In this document: one piece after another, positions 27,566-36,401 of the stretch
Numbering within the stretch: the stretch's first letter is position 1
How the letters are laid out: each line of letters starts with the position of its first letter
Origin: a virus
Lineage: Duplodnaviria > Caudoviricetes
Virus record (IMG/VR): IMGVR_UViG_3300031949_000063
Coordinates: 1-47,936 of that record
Reading direction: 5' to 3' (one strand)
DNA length: 47,936 bases
Position numbers and translations under genes: made by a program
Notes under the pieces: model-generated
What the model saw: the letters and a program-made list of their open reading frames with translations, nothing else
Database searches by the model: none
Told to the model about the DNA's origin: nothing

Positions 27566-29049
27566 GCGACCTTCCCCCCGACGATCTCGATCTCGCCGGC
27601 CCGCGGCGCCCCCACGCGCGACACGAAATACTGGAAGCCGTCGTTGTGCGCCTGACGTTCGAACGCGGCGAGGCTGTCGTCGTCGAGCTGCTCCACCCCG
27701 TCGATGCAGATGAGCTTGAGCGGAGCGTTCTCGGCCAGCGCGCGGACGATGGACAGTGCCAGTTCCATCTTCTCGGCGCCGGAGAGCTGGTCGATCGGGA
27801 TCCCGCCGACGGTGATCTCGTCCCCGTCGATCTTCAGGCCCTCGATCGGCAGCTTCGCTTCGGAGAGGACCTGGGCGGGGAGCTCGTCGCGGAACTTGAT
27901 GACCATCCCGTCGAGGGCGTCGGCCTCGGTCTGGAGGGTGTCCCGGGCGGCTTCGGCGGATTCGGCTTCACGTGCGATCTGTAGCATCCCCAACGCGGTT
28001 TGCAGGTTTACCTCCTCCAGTTGAAGCCCTCCGGCCTCGTCCGCACATTCATTCAGGCGGGACTCATCGAACGCCCCGGGCAGCCCGGGCAGCGTCTCCT
28101 GATCTAGCCGGATGTCCCTCTCCATGTTCACCACGTCGCCCTGGAGGCGGTCGATGTTCGCGGCGACCTCCCTTCCCACCTGCAGGTCATTCTCTGCGGC
28201 ACGGAGAGCGAGGCGCAGGTCCTCGACCTTCTTCAGTAGGGAAAGGAGATCGGGGGATACTTCCTTGGCGAGGGCTTCCTTCGCCCGGGCTAGGATCCCC
28301 TGATTCTTCAGGATCCGATCCTCGATCTTTTTCCGGGTATCCTTCGCCCTCTCCGCAGCCTTTTTGTCGGCCTCCAGCCCGGCGATCCGGGTACGGTTCG
28401 CTTCCCGACGTTCCGCCAGCCCCTTCTCTTGTTCAGACAGACTCCCCTCGTCCGGAACCGGACCCTCCGGCACCTTCGCCCGGGCGGTCCGCGCCAGCTC
28501 CCGCCGGTTGACCAGCTCCTTGTTCTTCGCGGCCCGAAGCGCGTAGTAGTGCCGCCGCACCAGGTCGAACATCACCAGCGCCGGCCCCTCCTTCGGGATC
28601 CCCGGCACGACCTCCCCGGTGATCTCCACGATGTCATCGAAGGTCACCTTCTTGGCGATCGCTTCCAGCAGCATCTTCGTGCGGTCGGCCTTCTTGGACC
28701 GGTGGAACTCCATCGGATTGAACTGCGTGGCGCCGAGCAGGGAGGACAGGTACGCCTGCGGGGACTTCGTGCGCGCGAATCCATCGGCGTTCGTCACATC
28801 GACTCGCGACCCGGAAGCGGTGATCTTCCGCGCGACCCGGATCTCTTCCAGGTCGACGACGATCTCCGCCCGGGCGGTCCCCTGGTGGATCATGGTGGGG
28901 TCCGCGCCCTCGAGGCAGGCCCGGACGGCGTTGAGGATCGACGACTTACCGGCCCGGTTTTTCCCTGAGAAAACGGTAACCTTGCCGGGCTTGATGTCCG
29001 CTTCGAGGATCCCTGCGAAATTCGAGATGCGGAGGCTGATGACCTTCAC
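27562..29049 (-). CDS. SMC/SbcC-like AAA ATPase
   Basis: Walker A GKNRAGKSS, long coiled coil, LSGAE signature, Walker B ICIDGVE; GTG start at 29049. Confidence 0.88.
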   Translation of the reverse strand: MKVISLRISNFAGILEADIKPGKVTVFSGKNRAGKSSILNAVRACLEGADPTMIHQGTARAEIVVDLEEIRVARKITASGSRVDVTNADGFARTKSPQAYLSSLLGATQFNPMEFHRSKKADRTKMLLEAIAKKVTFDDIVEITGEVVPGIPKEGPALVMFDLVRRHYYALRAAKNKELVNRRELARTARAKVPEGPVPDEGSLSEQEKGLAERREANRTRIAGLEADKKAAERAKDTRKKIEDRILKNQGILARAKEALAKEVSPDLLSLLKKVEDLRLALRAAENDLQVGREVAANIDRLQGDVVNMERDIRLDQETLPGLPGAFDESRLNECADEAGGLQLEEVNLQTALGMLQIAREAESAEAARDTLQTEADALDGMVIKFRDELPAQVLSEAKLPIEGLKIDGDEITVGGIPIDQLSGAEKMELALSIVRALAENAPLKLICIDGVEQLDDDSLAAFERQAHNDGFQYFVSRVGAPRAGEIEIVGGKVA

Positions 29050-29213
29050 TTGGCGCCTCCCTTCTTGTCTACCTTCTTCGGCTTTTCGGACGGCTCCTCC
29101 TGCGAACAAGCCGCGCATTTACGAGGAAATTCGCCTCCCTGATCGTCGTCGATGAACTCCCCGCAGACTTCACAAAGCGTTCCGTCGAGCATCATGTCGG
29201 ATATTTCGCCCAT
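29046..29213 (-). CDS. Small Zn-finger protein (not in the ORF track)
   Basis: MGEISDMMLDGTLCEVCGEFI...PRKCAAC; fills the gap between RecT-like and ATPase genes. Confidence 0.65.
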   Translation of the reverse strand: MGEISDMMLDGTLCEVCGEFIDDDQGGEFPRKCAACSQEEPSEKPKKVDKKGGAK

Positions 29214-29214
29214 A

Positions 29215-30246
29215 TTACTTTCCTCCTCGGAGCGCCTTCTCGCGCTCCTCGCGGTGCTTCTCGTAAGCTTTCTTCATCATCGCGCTGCACTTCCCGATCA
29301 CGTCCTTGCAGGCATCCCACCGGACCGACAGGTCCTCGAGCGAAGCGGCCCGGTTCAGGTACGCCGGGACATCCGCGGAGTCGGTCGGGGCCTTCTCTGT
29401 CTTGCCGAATGGCAGTCCTTCCTCTCCCTCGTCGGCGCCCGGCTCGCGCTCGGGAGTTCCGGCTTCCGCTTTTTTCCCCTCATCCGTGGGGGCAGAACCG
29501 GAAGTGACATCCTTCTTCTCGGGCTCCGTTGTCGTGGGGGGCGGGTCCTTCTTCGGATCCTCTTTCTCGGGCTCAGGATCGCTCACGATCCCGAGCTTCG
29601 CCTTCAGGCCGTCGACGCCCTTCGTCGGCGCAGACGGAACCCCGCCCCCTGATGGGATCTCCTCCTCCATCGGCGTGATGTCCACGATTTCCTCGACCGT
29701 CTTCATCCCCATAAGGACCTCGGGGGCGTACAGGCGGCCGAAGAATGTCGCGGCTCGGTACCGGAGCATCAGTTCCGGCATGGTCTTCCACTTGCTCCCG
29801 GCCTTGTCGAGCCAGCCTTCCTTCCTCGCCATGTCGATGGTGACGCGCGGGGATTCGAGGCGTTCTTTCGTGGCGTTCTCGGTGGCCCACGCGATGCACC
29901 CCTTGTCGTCTCCCTCGCCGGTCACGGCGAAGCGGAGCGGGGAGAACTTCCCGGTGGAGTTGATCGCCGCGATGATGAACTGCGCGGACCAGCCCGGCTT
30001 CCCATGGACGATGTAGAGGTTTTGCATGACGGCCAGCGGGGACGCGCCGATCCGATGCGCCATTTCCAGCGCGATTGTCGTGTTGGCGATGTTACCCCGG
30101 AAGATCTCCGGAACCAGAGCTGAGGCCGCGAGGAGGTTCGCCGCCCGTTGCATCAGGGCAAAACCATCCCGCGTGTTGAAGCTCATCTGTACGTCCACGA
30201 TTTGAGGCTGCTGAACCTGGACCAACGCTTCTGCTGCTTCCGCCAT
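29215..30246 (-). CDS. RecT-like single-strand annealing protein
   Basis: VP..FRG..AN..IA...A.R.G.SP..VMQNLY.V.GKP and W..MPE.ML.YRA motifs; adjacent to YqaJ. Confidence 0.8.
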   Translation of the reverse strand: MAEAAEALVQVQQPQIVDVQMSFNTRDGFALMQRAANLLAASALVPEIFRGNIANTTIALEMAHRIGASPLAVMQNLYIVHGKPGWSAQFIIAAINSTGKFSPLRFAVTGEGDDKGCIAWATENATKERLESPRVTIDMARKEGWLDKAGSKWKTMPELMLRYRAATFFGRLYAPEVLMGMKTVEEIVDITPMEEEIPSGGGVPSAPTKGVDGLKAKLGIVSDPEPEKEDPKKDPPPTTTEPEKKDVTSGSAPTDEGKKAEAGTPEREPGADEGEEGLPFGKTEKAPTDSADVPAYLNRAASLEDLSVRWDACKDVIGKCSAMMKKAYEKHREEREKALRGGK

Positions 30247-30271
30247 GATCGTCTCCTCTCCTTTTCGGGGG

Positions 30272-31207
30272 TTATCGTTTTGCCGGAGTCGGTCTGAACA
30301 CCCGGGGTCCCGGCCTGATGATGGTGTGCTGCGCGATCAGATCCGAGGGGGCGTTCAGGGCCCGCGCCACGGCCTCCCATTCCGTTTTCTCCGAATCCTT
30401 GTTCTTCCGCCAGAGCGCCTTCCCGCAGATCCCCTGGATCCCCTCCGCCTCGCCGATGATCGCTTTCAGGCGGTTCTCGTACTCCGTCTGGATCGCCTCG
30501 TCGGCCTTCACCTGGTCCTTGATGGCGAACAGATCCTTGAGGAGCTGCTCCGCTTCCTCGTTCGCGCCGATCAGGGGGAGCGTGTTCCGCTGGTACTTCT
30601 GAGCGAGATAAGCGGCGCAAGCTTCAGAACCGTCCAAGGCGGGCTCTTCATTCCCCATGACGTAGCGGACGAAGAAGGCGTCGCAGCGTGACAGGATCTC
30701 GTTTTCCAGTTCGAGGTCGCGGACGAGCCGGAAGACGCGGAAATCGTCGAACCCGATCAGGGCGGCATAATCCCATTCAGGCAGGTTGTGGACGGCCATT
30801 CCGATGACGCCCTGTGGAACATAATAGATGGGCACACCGTCCGAGCCGTCCTCGCCCCAATCGTCGGCCATGCGGGCGTCAACCGTCTTGCATTCAACGC
30901 CGCGTGAACGCCCGACCACGAGCCGATCCGCCGTGGCAAAGACGTGAAGGCCGCCCGGATGATAAACTGTGGTCATCCCGTCGCCGGTCAGTTCGACGCC
31001 TTCGCGCTCCGCGTAGAGTCGGGCGACAGGCTCTTCCAGAAGGCGTCCGACCTTGAGCCGGAGCGAATCTTCGCGCGGAGGAGCAAAGCCCTTTTTCTCG
31101 GCCCACACGCTGACGGGAGACGCCCACTTCGACACGCCAAGGATCGCGGCGGCCTCCGATGCCCCGATCCCCTTCTTTCGTTCTTCAAGCCATTCGGCCC
31201 TATTCAT
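30272..31207 (-). CDS. YqaJ-like (lambda exonuclease family) nuclease
   Basis: WLEERKKGIGASE, G..LE, AD, ECKT and P.YY..Q motifs. Confidence 0.9.
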   Translation of the reverse strand: MNRAEWLEERKKGIGASEAAAILGVSKWASPVSVWAEKKGFAPPREDSLRLKVGRLLEEPVARLYAEREGVELTGDGMTTVYHPGGLHVFATADRLVVGRSRGVECKTVDARMADDWGEDGSDGVPIYYVPQGVIGMAVHNLPEWDYAALIGFDDFRVFRLVRDLELENEILSRCDAFFVRYVMGNEEPALDGSEACAAYLAQKYQRNTLPLIGANEEAEQLLKDLFAIKDQVKADEAIQTEYENRLKAIIGEAEGIQGICGKALWRKNKDSEKTEWEAVARALNAPSDLIAQHTIIRPGPRVFRPTPAKR

Positions 31208-31704
31208 CTCGTTACCCTCTTTCGGCGATTGCTGTTCTGTTCGCTCCTGGTCGCCCAACGGCAGTTTCCCGGCTCATAATTTCCATCGTTGTTGATTCGG
31301 TCGATGCTCATCCCGGATGGCCGGCGGCCCATGTCGCGAAGGAATGCCTCGAAACTGTCACTCCATTCCCGGCACATCGTGATCCCGCGCCCGCCATAGT
31401 CTTTCCAGCAAGGAAGATTCTGGTTGAAGCATCTATTTCTTATCCTTCTCCAGGTTGCGAATTCGACAGTTTCCCCATTGCGGCTTTCTCCGTGCGTTCT
31501 TGATCGTGCAGAAACAAGTTCTCGGTTTAAGCAACCACAGGACCGTGTCCGCCCATATCTCAAGTGGTTGCCTCTGACAAGGGAGTGATTTCCGCAGTCG
31601 CAAACCACATTCCAATACGTGAGACCATGCTTATCGTTTTCTGCCCGGGAAAGAACGATCAGTCTCCCGAATTGTCTCCCTGTCAGGTCAATGGGCCTTG
31701 CCAC
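31204..31704 (-). CDS. HNH endonuclease
   Basis: DLTGRQFGRL, CDCG, SCGC, YGGRGI and SIDRINNDGNYEPGNCRWAT motifs. Confidence 0.88.
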   Translation of the reverse strand: MARPIDLTGRQFGRLIVLSRAENDKHGLTYWNVVCDCGNHSLVRGNHLRYGRTRSCGCLNRELVSARSRTHGESRNGETVEFATWRRIRNRCFNQNLPCWKDYGGRGITMCREWSDSFEAFLRDMGRRPSGMSIDRINNDGNYEPGNCRWATRSEQNSNRRKRVTR

Positions 31705-31862
31705 TCTCGTTCTTCCCTCCTGGCTTCCGCCTCGTCGATCTTCCGGTCTGTCGATTCGCAATACTCGCAGCAGTAAAGCTGCTCCGGCTCCTCCGGGACG
31801 AACGGATACCCGCAGAGGCGGCAGGATCGTTTGGCGAGCGCGGCACGTTCGCGGGCGTTCAT
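31683..31862 (-). CDS. Small Zn-finger protein
   Basis: CRLCG.PF...YCCEYC. Confidence 0.5.
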   Translation of the reverse strand: MNARERAALAKRSCRLCGYPFVPEEPEQLYCCEYCESTDRKIDEAEARREEREWQGPLT

Positions 31863-32120
31863 CCGAAGAACCCCGCAATCGCCACGCTGACGACTCCCAC
31901 CACGAGCGCCCATAAGAGGGCGGACAGCGCACGCGCGGCGAAGGAGGTCATAACGTCTCCTTCAGCAACGCGCGGTCGATCACCTTCCGTACCCGCGCCA
32001 CGATGCCATCGGGCGGCAGGTCCATGCGGGCGGCGATGGTGCGGGGCTGGTGCTTCCAGTACCACTCCGCCTCGCCGAGTGTGTTCACGGCGCGGAGTTG
32101 AACACGGTCAAATCGGTCGG

Positions 32121-32966
32121 TCATGCTGCCCTCCTTTTTGCTTCCCGCGTTGCCGTGGCTTTCTTCGCTTGCCTAATTTTTTCTGCGTCGAGGGCGTTCC
32201 TAACCTCGGTAGCAAGATCAACTTTTGGACTATGGCGATAGTTGTAGACCTCGGTAAGAATCCCGAGATAGTTCGGGACATGATATTTTTTCTTCATAAT
32301 GCCGATGTTGCTTCTGATCCTTTTCGTCAGTTCGCCGATGTCCACTACTTTCGTTTTCACGACCTGTGATATGGTCCGAACGAATGGGGCCTTAGTGCTG
32401 TACGATATTTCGAGTGAGGAACAATACATGATGAGGTTACCGACTGCCTCTGCATGGTCTGGGTTTGGAATCTCGAAACTGCCATCCCTGATATCAAGAT
32501 TGCTTTCGTATCCTGGTTTGCTGCTGCCGCCGCCTCCGCCAAGGTGGAACAAATAGATGCACGTTGACATCGGGATCTTGGTCTTCCGCTGGAAATCAAC
32601 CAAAACTTGATAATTGGGGTTTTTGTTTTCCCGTGCGCGAGATATGACCCAATCCTCCAGCGTCCATGTGGGCCTTCCGCCGCCGCTCTCTCTGTCATGT
32701 ATTGGAATTTTCAAATCGTCGATCTGGAATCTGACGGGGATTCCATGCTTCCTTGCAATGCCAAATCGGGTGTGTCCCTTAATGATCGTGTGCTTCCCGT
32801 TTCCGTTCTTCGGGTACACAATCATGGGTTCGGTTTCCCACCAAGCATCCCTTAACATCATCGCTTCGAGTTTATAGTAGACAGCGGTTCCCTCCTGTAC
32901 GGTCCGGTTTACCTGGTGTTCCTCGAATAGGTCGTAGTTTTTCGTAGTCATAACTTTGTTACCCAC
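32121..32966 (-). CDS. Hypothetical protein with ParB-like N-terminus
   Basis: TKNYDLF...NR and P.IV...IIKGHTR motifs; lower GC. Confidence 0.55.
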   Translation of the reverse strand: MGNKVMTTKNYDLFEEHQVNRTVQEGTAVYYKLEAMMLRDAWWETEPMIVYPKNGNGKHTIIKGHTRFGIARKHGIPVRFQIDDLKIPIHDRESGGGRPTWTLEDWVISRARENKNPNYQVLVDFQRKTKIPMSTCIYLFHLGGGGGSSKPGYESNLDIRDGSFEIPNPDHAEAVGNLIMYCSSLEISYSTKAPFVRTISQVVKTKVVDIGELTKRIRSNIGIMKKKYHVPNYLGILTEVYNYRHSPKVDLATEVRNALDAEKIRQAKKATATREAKRRAA

Positions 32967-33561
32967 GGGAACCGCCTCCTTCCGTCAGTTGGTTTTCGAT
33001 CCAATCCGTCACCCGCTTGAATGCCTTTCGTCTCATCGGGTCATCTTTGCCGATCCTTTCCAGTTGCAGGATCGCGCTCCCTGCGTGATTCATCGCCTGC
33101 GAACCCAATAGCCATCCGTTCTTCGGCTCTTTATATTTCGGAAGTCTCTTCTTTGCCTTCCTTTCCTCGATCTTTTCAACAACCTCTTGGACGTGCTTCG
33201 CTGTCACCTTTCCCTCTGGGGCCGTCTCCACGGCTTCCTTCCACGCGGTAGCCTGCTGTTCCTTAGGGAGCGCGGCGAGAGGGCGAAGTTGGCGCTCGGA
33301 CGAGGGAGTAACCCGTGGGTTACTTTCTGTGATAGCCCCGGATGCCTCCGCTGAATGGATCAATCTATAAGCGTGTACCTTCGTCATCCTCCATCTCTCC
33401 TTGCAATACACCTCAAAGGTGGGGTGCGAATCTCGGTAGAGGCGGGCATCCCGTATCGTCATCAGCGCGTTGCCCACCTCGTAAAAGGATGACAATCCCT
33501 TCTCGATGATCCGTTCGAGCGTCGATAATTGGACAGCCTCACTCTCTGCAACAACGTTCAT
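32959..33561 (-). CDS. Helical DNA-binding phage protein
   Basis: FYEVGNAL..IRD.RLYR...TFE.YC.ERW and ERQLRPL motifs. Confidence 0.65.
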   Translation of the reverse strand: MNVVAESEAVQLSTLERIIEKGLSSFYEVGNALMTIRDARLYRDSHPTFEVYCKERWRMTKVHAYRLIHSAEASGAITESNPRVTPSSERQLRPLAALPKEQQATAWKEAVETAPEGKVTAKHVQEVVEKIEERKAKKRLPKYKEPKNGWLLGSQAMNHAGSAILQLERIGKDDPMRRKAFKRVTDWIENQLTEGGGSRG

Positions 33562-33670
33562 CTTCACCCTCCCGTAACGAGTTGCCGCACCGCCAGCACG
33601 ATGCGGAAGCCGCCGTACACCGTTAGCCCGAGGACCACCCACGCGCCGAGGGCAAGGAGGCAGAGGCGGA

Positions 33671-33982
33671 TCATGGGCAGCCCTCCGCTTTGGAGAGGGC
33701 GGTTGTAATCCTTTCAAGCGCCCACTCGCCGCTCCTGGCGCATCCGACATAAGCGCCAGCAGCGATTCCCTTGCCAACGTATGCCTCGGCGAGCTTCAGC
33801 ACCTCCAACAGTATCGGAGCGGCCTCAATGAGCCTCATGTCCGCATCGGTCACAATGATGTCGGGATGGCCATCTGAGCGGCTATTCGTCGGTTGGAGAA
33901 TGTGCGCCGTTCCGTCCTCATTCAATAGCCGCCGCCATGAACAGGAGGTCCACCATTTCCACGGCCCAGGCGTATGGCTCAT
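33671..33982 (-). CDS. Conserved phage protein (HTPGPW...A.LIAAAP type)
   Basis: MSHTPGPW...DMRLIEAAP.LL..L...AL.KAEG. Confidence 0.7.
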   Translation of the reverse strand: MSHTPGPWKWWTSCSWRRLLNEDGTAHILQPTNSRSDGHPDIIVTDADMRLIEAAPILLEVLKLAEAYVGKGIAAGAYVGCARSGEWALERITTALSKAEGCP

Positions 33983-34329
33983 TTCCCCTCCCTCACCGCT
34001 CCCACCTTCTGCCAGAACGCCTCGCGTTCCTCCGGCGTCTCGGGATCGAACTTCCTCCGGGCGGCCTCGACGAATACGGGGTCCGGCATCCGGGAGGCGC
34101 GGTGTTCCTCTTCCGCGGGTGCGAACAGACGGTTGATCTCCGACATCGAGTAGTCGATCGCGACGACGCCGGGGCCTTCGCAGCGGGACCACATCCTGAC
34201 CTTGTTGGGCTGCTTGCCGAAGATACCCGGTACCTTCCTCTCGACGATCCAGACCCGGCCCGGCGTCCGGCATCCCGCGAGTTCCGCGAAACGATCACCG
34301 ACCGCGACACTCTTGAACCTGATCCCCAT
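33979..34329 (-). CDS. Hypothetical protein
   Basis: Strong RBS AAAGGAGG before MGIRFKS. Confidence 0.6.
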   Translation of the reverse strand: MGIRFKSVAVGDRFAELAGCRTPGRVWIVERKVPGIFGKQPNKVRMWSRCEGPGVVAIDYSMSEINRLFAPAEEEHRASRMPDPVFVEAARRKFDPETPEEREAFWQKVGAVREGK

Positions 34330-34349
34330 CGCCTTCCTCCTTTCGGTTG

Positions 34350-34442
34350 TGGTCCCGGCGGGGCATCCTGAGTGCCCTACGGTGGCGCTTAACGTGCGCC
34401 CCACCCGCCGAGGCGGGGGAGTCCGTAACGGACGCCGGGACC
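34350..34442 (-). ncRNA. Cloverleaf-like structured RNA ending in ACCA
   Basis: A perfect 10-bp stem GGTCCCGGCG/CGCCGGGACC closes four hairpins. Confidence 0.6.
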
Positions 34443-34477
34443 TGGTGCGGGGCGGTGGCTGGTGCGTATTCCAGCAT

Positions 34478-34927
34478 TTAACCGCGCCTCATCTTTTTGT
34501 GTTCACTGGCGTGGCATGGCCTGCACAACACGACACACTTGGCGAGTTCTGCAATCACAGAATCCCTGGCGTGGGTATGTCCATTCGAGATTTTAAAAAG
34601 CTTAGTCTTGGGATCGGCATGGTGATAACCCAGTTGCTCTGGATCGGAGTTATAACCGCAGACAGAGCATCCTTCTTCCAGCTTTTTGTTAGCGATAAAC
34701 TCAACATATGCAGCGTAATACGCAGCGTAATAAGCTGTCATCTTCTCGCGATGCATGACGTAATAAGCGGACATATTCTCGCGATGTATGGCACGATACC
34801 GGGCATTTTTTGCTGCAATTTTCTCAGGATGCGCAGCAGCATACCGAGCATCACATGCAGCTCTCTTCTCGGGATGTGCGGCTCGATACCGAGCTTGACG
34901 CGCTGCCTGTTTGACTTTGCTCTTCAT
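34478..34927 (-). CDS. HNH endonuclease (paralogue of 16658..17101)
   Basis: GCSVCGY...HHADP...AELAKCVVLCRPCH; N-terminal RY.AAHPEK repeats; alternative start at 35071. Confidence 0.85.
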   Translation of the reverse strand: MKSKVKQAARQARYRAAHPEKRAACDARYAAAHPEKIAAKNARYRAIHRENMSAYYVMHREKMTAYYAAYYAAYVEFIANKKLEEGCSVCGYNSDPEQLGYHHADPKTKLFKISNGHTHARDSVIAELAKCVVLCRPCHASEHKKMRRG

Positions 34928-34941
34928 GTTGCCCCCTACCT

Positions 34942-35006
34942 TGGTGGGGACGGCGTCGGGGCGCATCCCGAATTTAAGGCCCATCCTTTCGGACAGCGCC
35001 GCCCCC
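34942..35006 (-). ncRNA. 65-nt tRNA-like RNA with acceptor-type stem and unpaired 3' ACCA
   Basis: GGGGGCGGCG/CGCCGTCCCC stem plus ACCA; inner GAAA-tetraloop hairpin and TCGGG/CCCGA hairpin. Confidence 0.6.
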
Positions 35007-35008
35007 TC

Positions 35009-35269
35009 TTGCGTGCTGGCGAGTATCTTCCCCACGGATTCGTGCGCGGCTCGTTCTCCGATAGGGGCCATATGTTCCCTGCCGATCCCTACCCGCTCGC
35101 TCGACTTCCCGATCCCGGTTCCTTTTCGCTATCCTCCCTCTTGGCAGGGGAGGGGCCGATGCGGCGCCCGAAGGCAGATCGGCAACTCTTCGCTACTCAG
35201 GCAACCCGCCGGGGTGCGCGTCCGCTCTCAGCCCGCTTCCGGCAACGTGTCCCGCCAGCACTTACGCAA
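35009..35269 (-). ncRNA. Large structured RNA domain, family unassigned
   Basis: Closed by TTGCG..GTGCTGGCG / CGCCAGCAC.GCAA; internal hairpins include a UUCG loop. Confidence 0.45.
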
Positions 35270-35364
35270 TCTCAATGAGCAACCTGCTTTGCCCGCGCCC
35301 CAAGGTTGGGCGCTTTCAGCCGGTACCATGTGCTCCGGCGGGCCGTGCCACTTCCACCTTCCGT

Positions 35365-35961
35365 CTACGGCTGTGCTGCGGTAATAGCGCACGCCTTAGC
35401 CATTCCGTCCCTATGGGGATTGGAGCAGGGTCGGTCAATGCGCCGTGACTTTATTTTTTGATATTGGATGCGGTTTTTCTCTTTTTTACATGTTTTGCAT
35501 TTAACTAAATACTTGCCCCTCTTTTTTCCCTCAATGTACGTATTGTCTGTGGTTAGTTCATGCCCGAAGATACAATGACTTTTTTGTATGCTAAATCCTG
35601 CGTCTGCCACTCTTGCAAATCTTCCCCAATTTCTCCCTATCCGACCCTTTCGGACGCAATCTTCAAAATTGTCTCGTTGGGTGCCAAGAAATAAATGATC
35701 TGGATTAACGCAAGTCGGATTGTCGCATTTATGTATAACGTTCAGCCCCTCAGGGATGGTTCCGCGATGAAGAATCCATGAAACACGGTGTGCCATCATG
35801 CGGGCCTTCCCTTTGTCCATGGAATGAAAGAGCACAATTTGTCCGTATGGTTCCGTATTATATTTATAGTCCCGCACCAAGGCCCCTCGCCATATCCAGC
35901 AATCAGCGTCCTTTTCCACCTTTTCCCAAAACCTTTTTTCGAACACCTTCCTGATCGCCAT
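35365..35961 (-). CDS. HNH endonuclease (first gene of the leftward operon)
   Basis: RFWEKV...CWIW.G, AHRVSW, HKCDNP.CVNPDHL.LGT..DN; C-terminal HC..GHE...NTY...CxxC. Confidence 0.9.
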   Translation of the reverse strand: MAIRKVFEKRFWEKVEKDADCWIWRGALVRDYKYNTEPYGQIVLFHSMDKGKARMMAHRVSWILHRGTIPEGLNVIHKCDNPTCVNPDHLFLGTQRDNFEDCVRKGRIGRNWGRFARVADAGFSIQKSHCIFGHELTTDNTYIEGKKRGKYLVKCKTCKKEKNRIQYQKIKSRRIDRPCSNPHRDGMAKACAITAAQP

Positions 35962-35992
35962 TCTAACAACCCCTTCCTCGCAAGCGATGAGG

Positions 35993-36076
35993 CTGATTCC
36001 ATTATCCACAAATGGAATCAGGTGTCAACATTTATTTTCTATTGACGGAATTATTTTTTTGGTTCATATTGGCCCC
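35993..36076. promoter_or_regulatory. Divergent sigma70-like promoters with a palindromic operator
   Basis: Leftward TTGACA(36028-23)-16-GATAAT; rightward TTGACG(36042)-17-CATATT; inverted repeat CTGATTCCATT-N7-AATGGAATCAG (35993-36021). Confidence 0.75.
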
Positions 36077-36286
36077 ATGAAGCTGAAACCATACCTCGAC
36101 AAGATGGGGCTGTCTAAATCCGATTTCGCCGAAGCGTCCAGCATCCCGTTGCCCACCGTGTACCGCCTGATCGACGAGCCGTGGCGCACCCCTGACGGGG
36201 AGACCATCGCCAAGGTTGTGCGGGCAACCAATGGGCAGGTGGGACTGTTCGACCTCGTGGAAAACGGTAAACCCTCAGCCGCCTGA
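36077..36286 (+). CDS. Cro-like HTH regulator (probably leaderless)
   Basis: 69 aa XRE-type HTH (LSKSDFAEASSIPLPTVYRL...P...I...TNGQV...DL). Confidence 0.85.
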   Translation: MKLKPYLDKMGLSKSDFAEASSIPLPTVYRLIDEPWRTPDGETIAKVVRATNGQVGLFDLVENGKPSAA

Positions 36287-36401
36287 CGTTCCATAAGGAG
36301 TACGCCGGATTGCAGACCGTAGGCAGTAATCGCCCAAGCGGATTCATCCGGGAGTACGGCCCCGCCGTGTTCGAGGCGCTGAAGGTTAAGGCGGGGAAGC
36401 G

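Noticed and set aside
34202-35278. 358-aa plus-strand ORF over the RNA/HNH region
   Set aside because: Antisense to an HNH gene and to the leftward operon; no RBS or motifs.
35290-35345. Hammerhead ribozyme in the three-way junction
   Set aside because: Lacks the CUGANGA core; only CTGAAAG is present.
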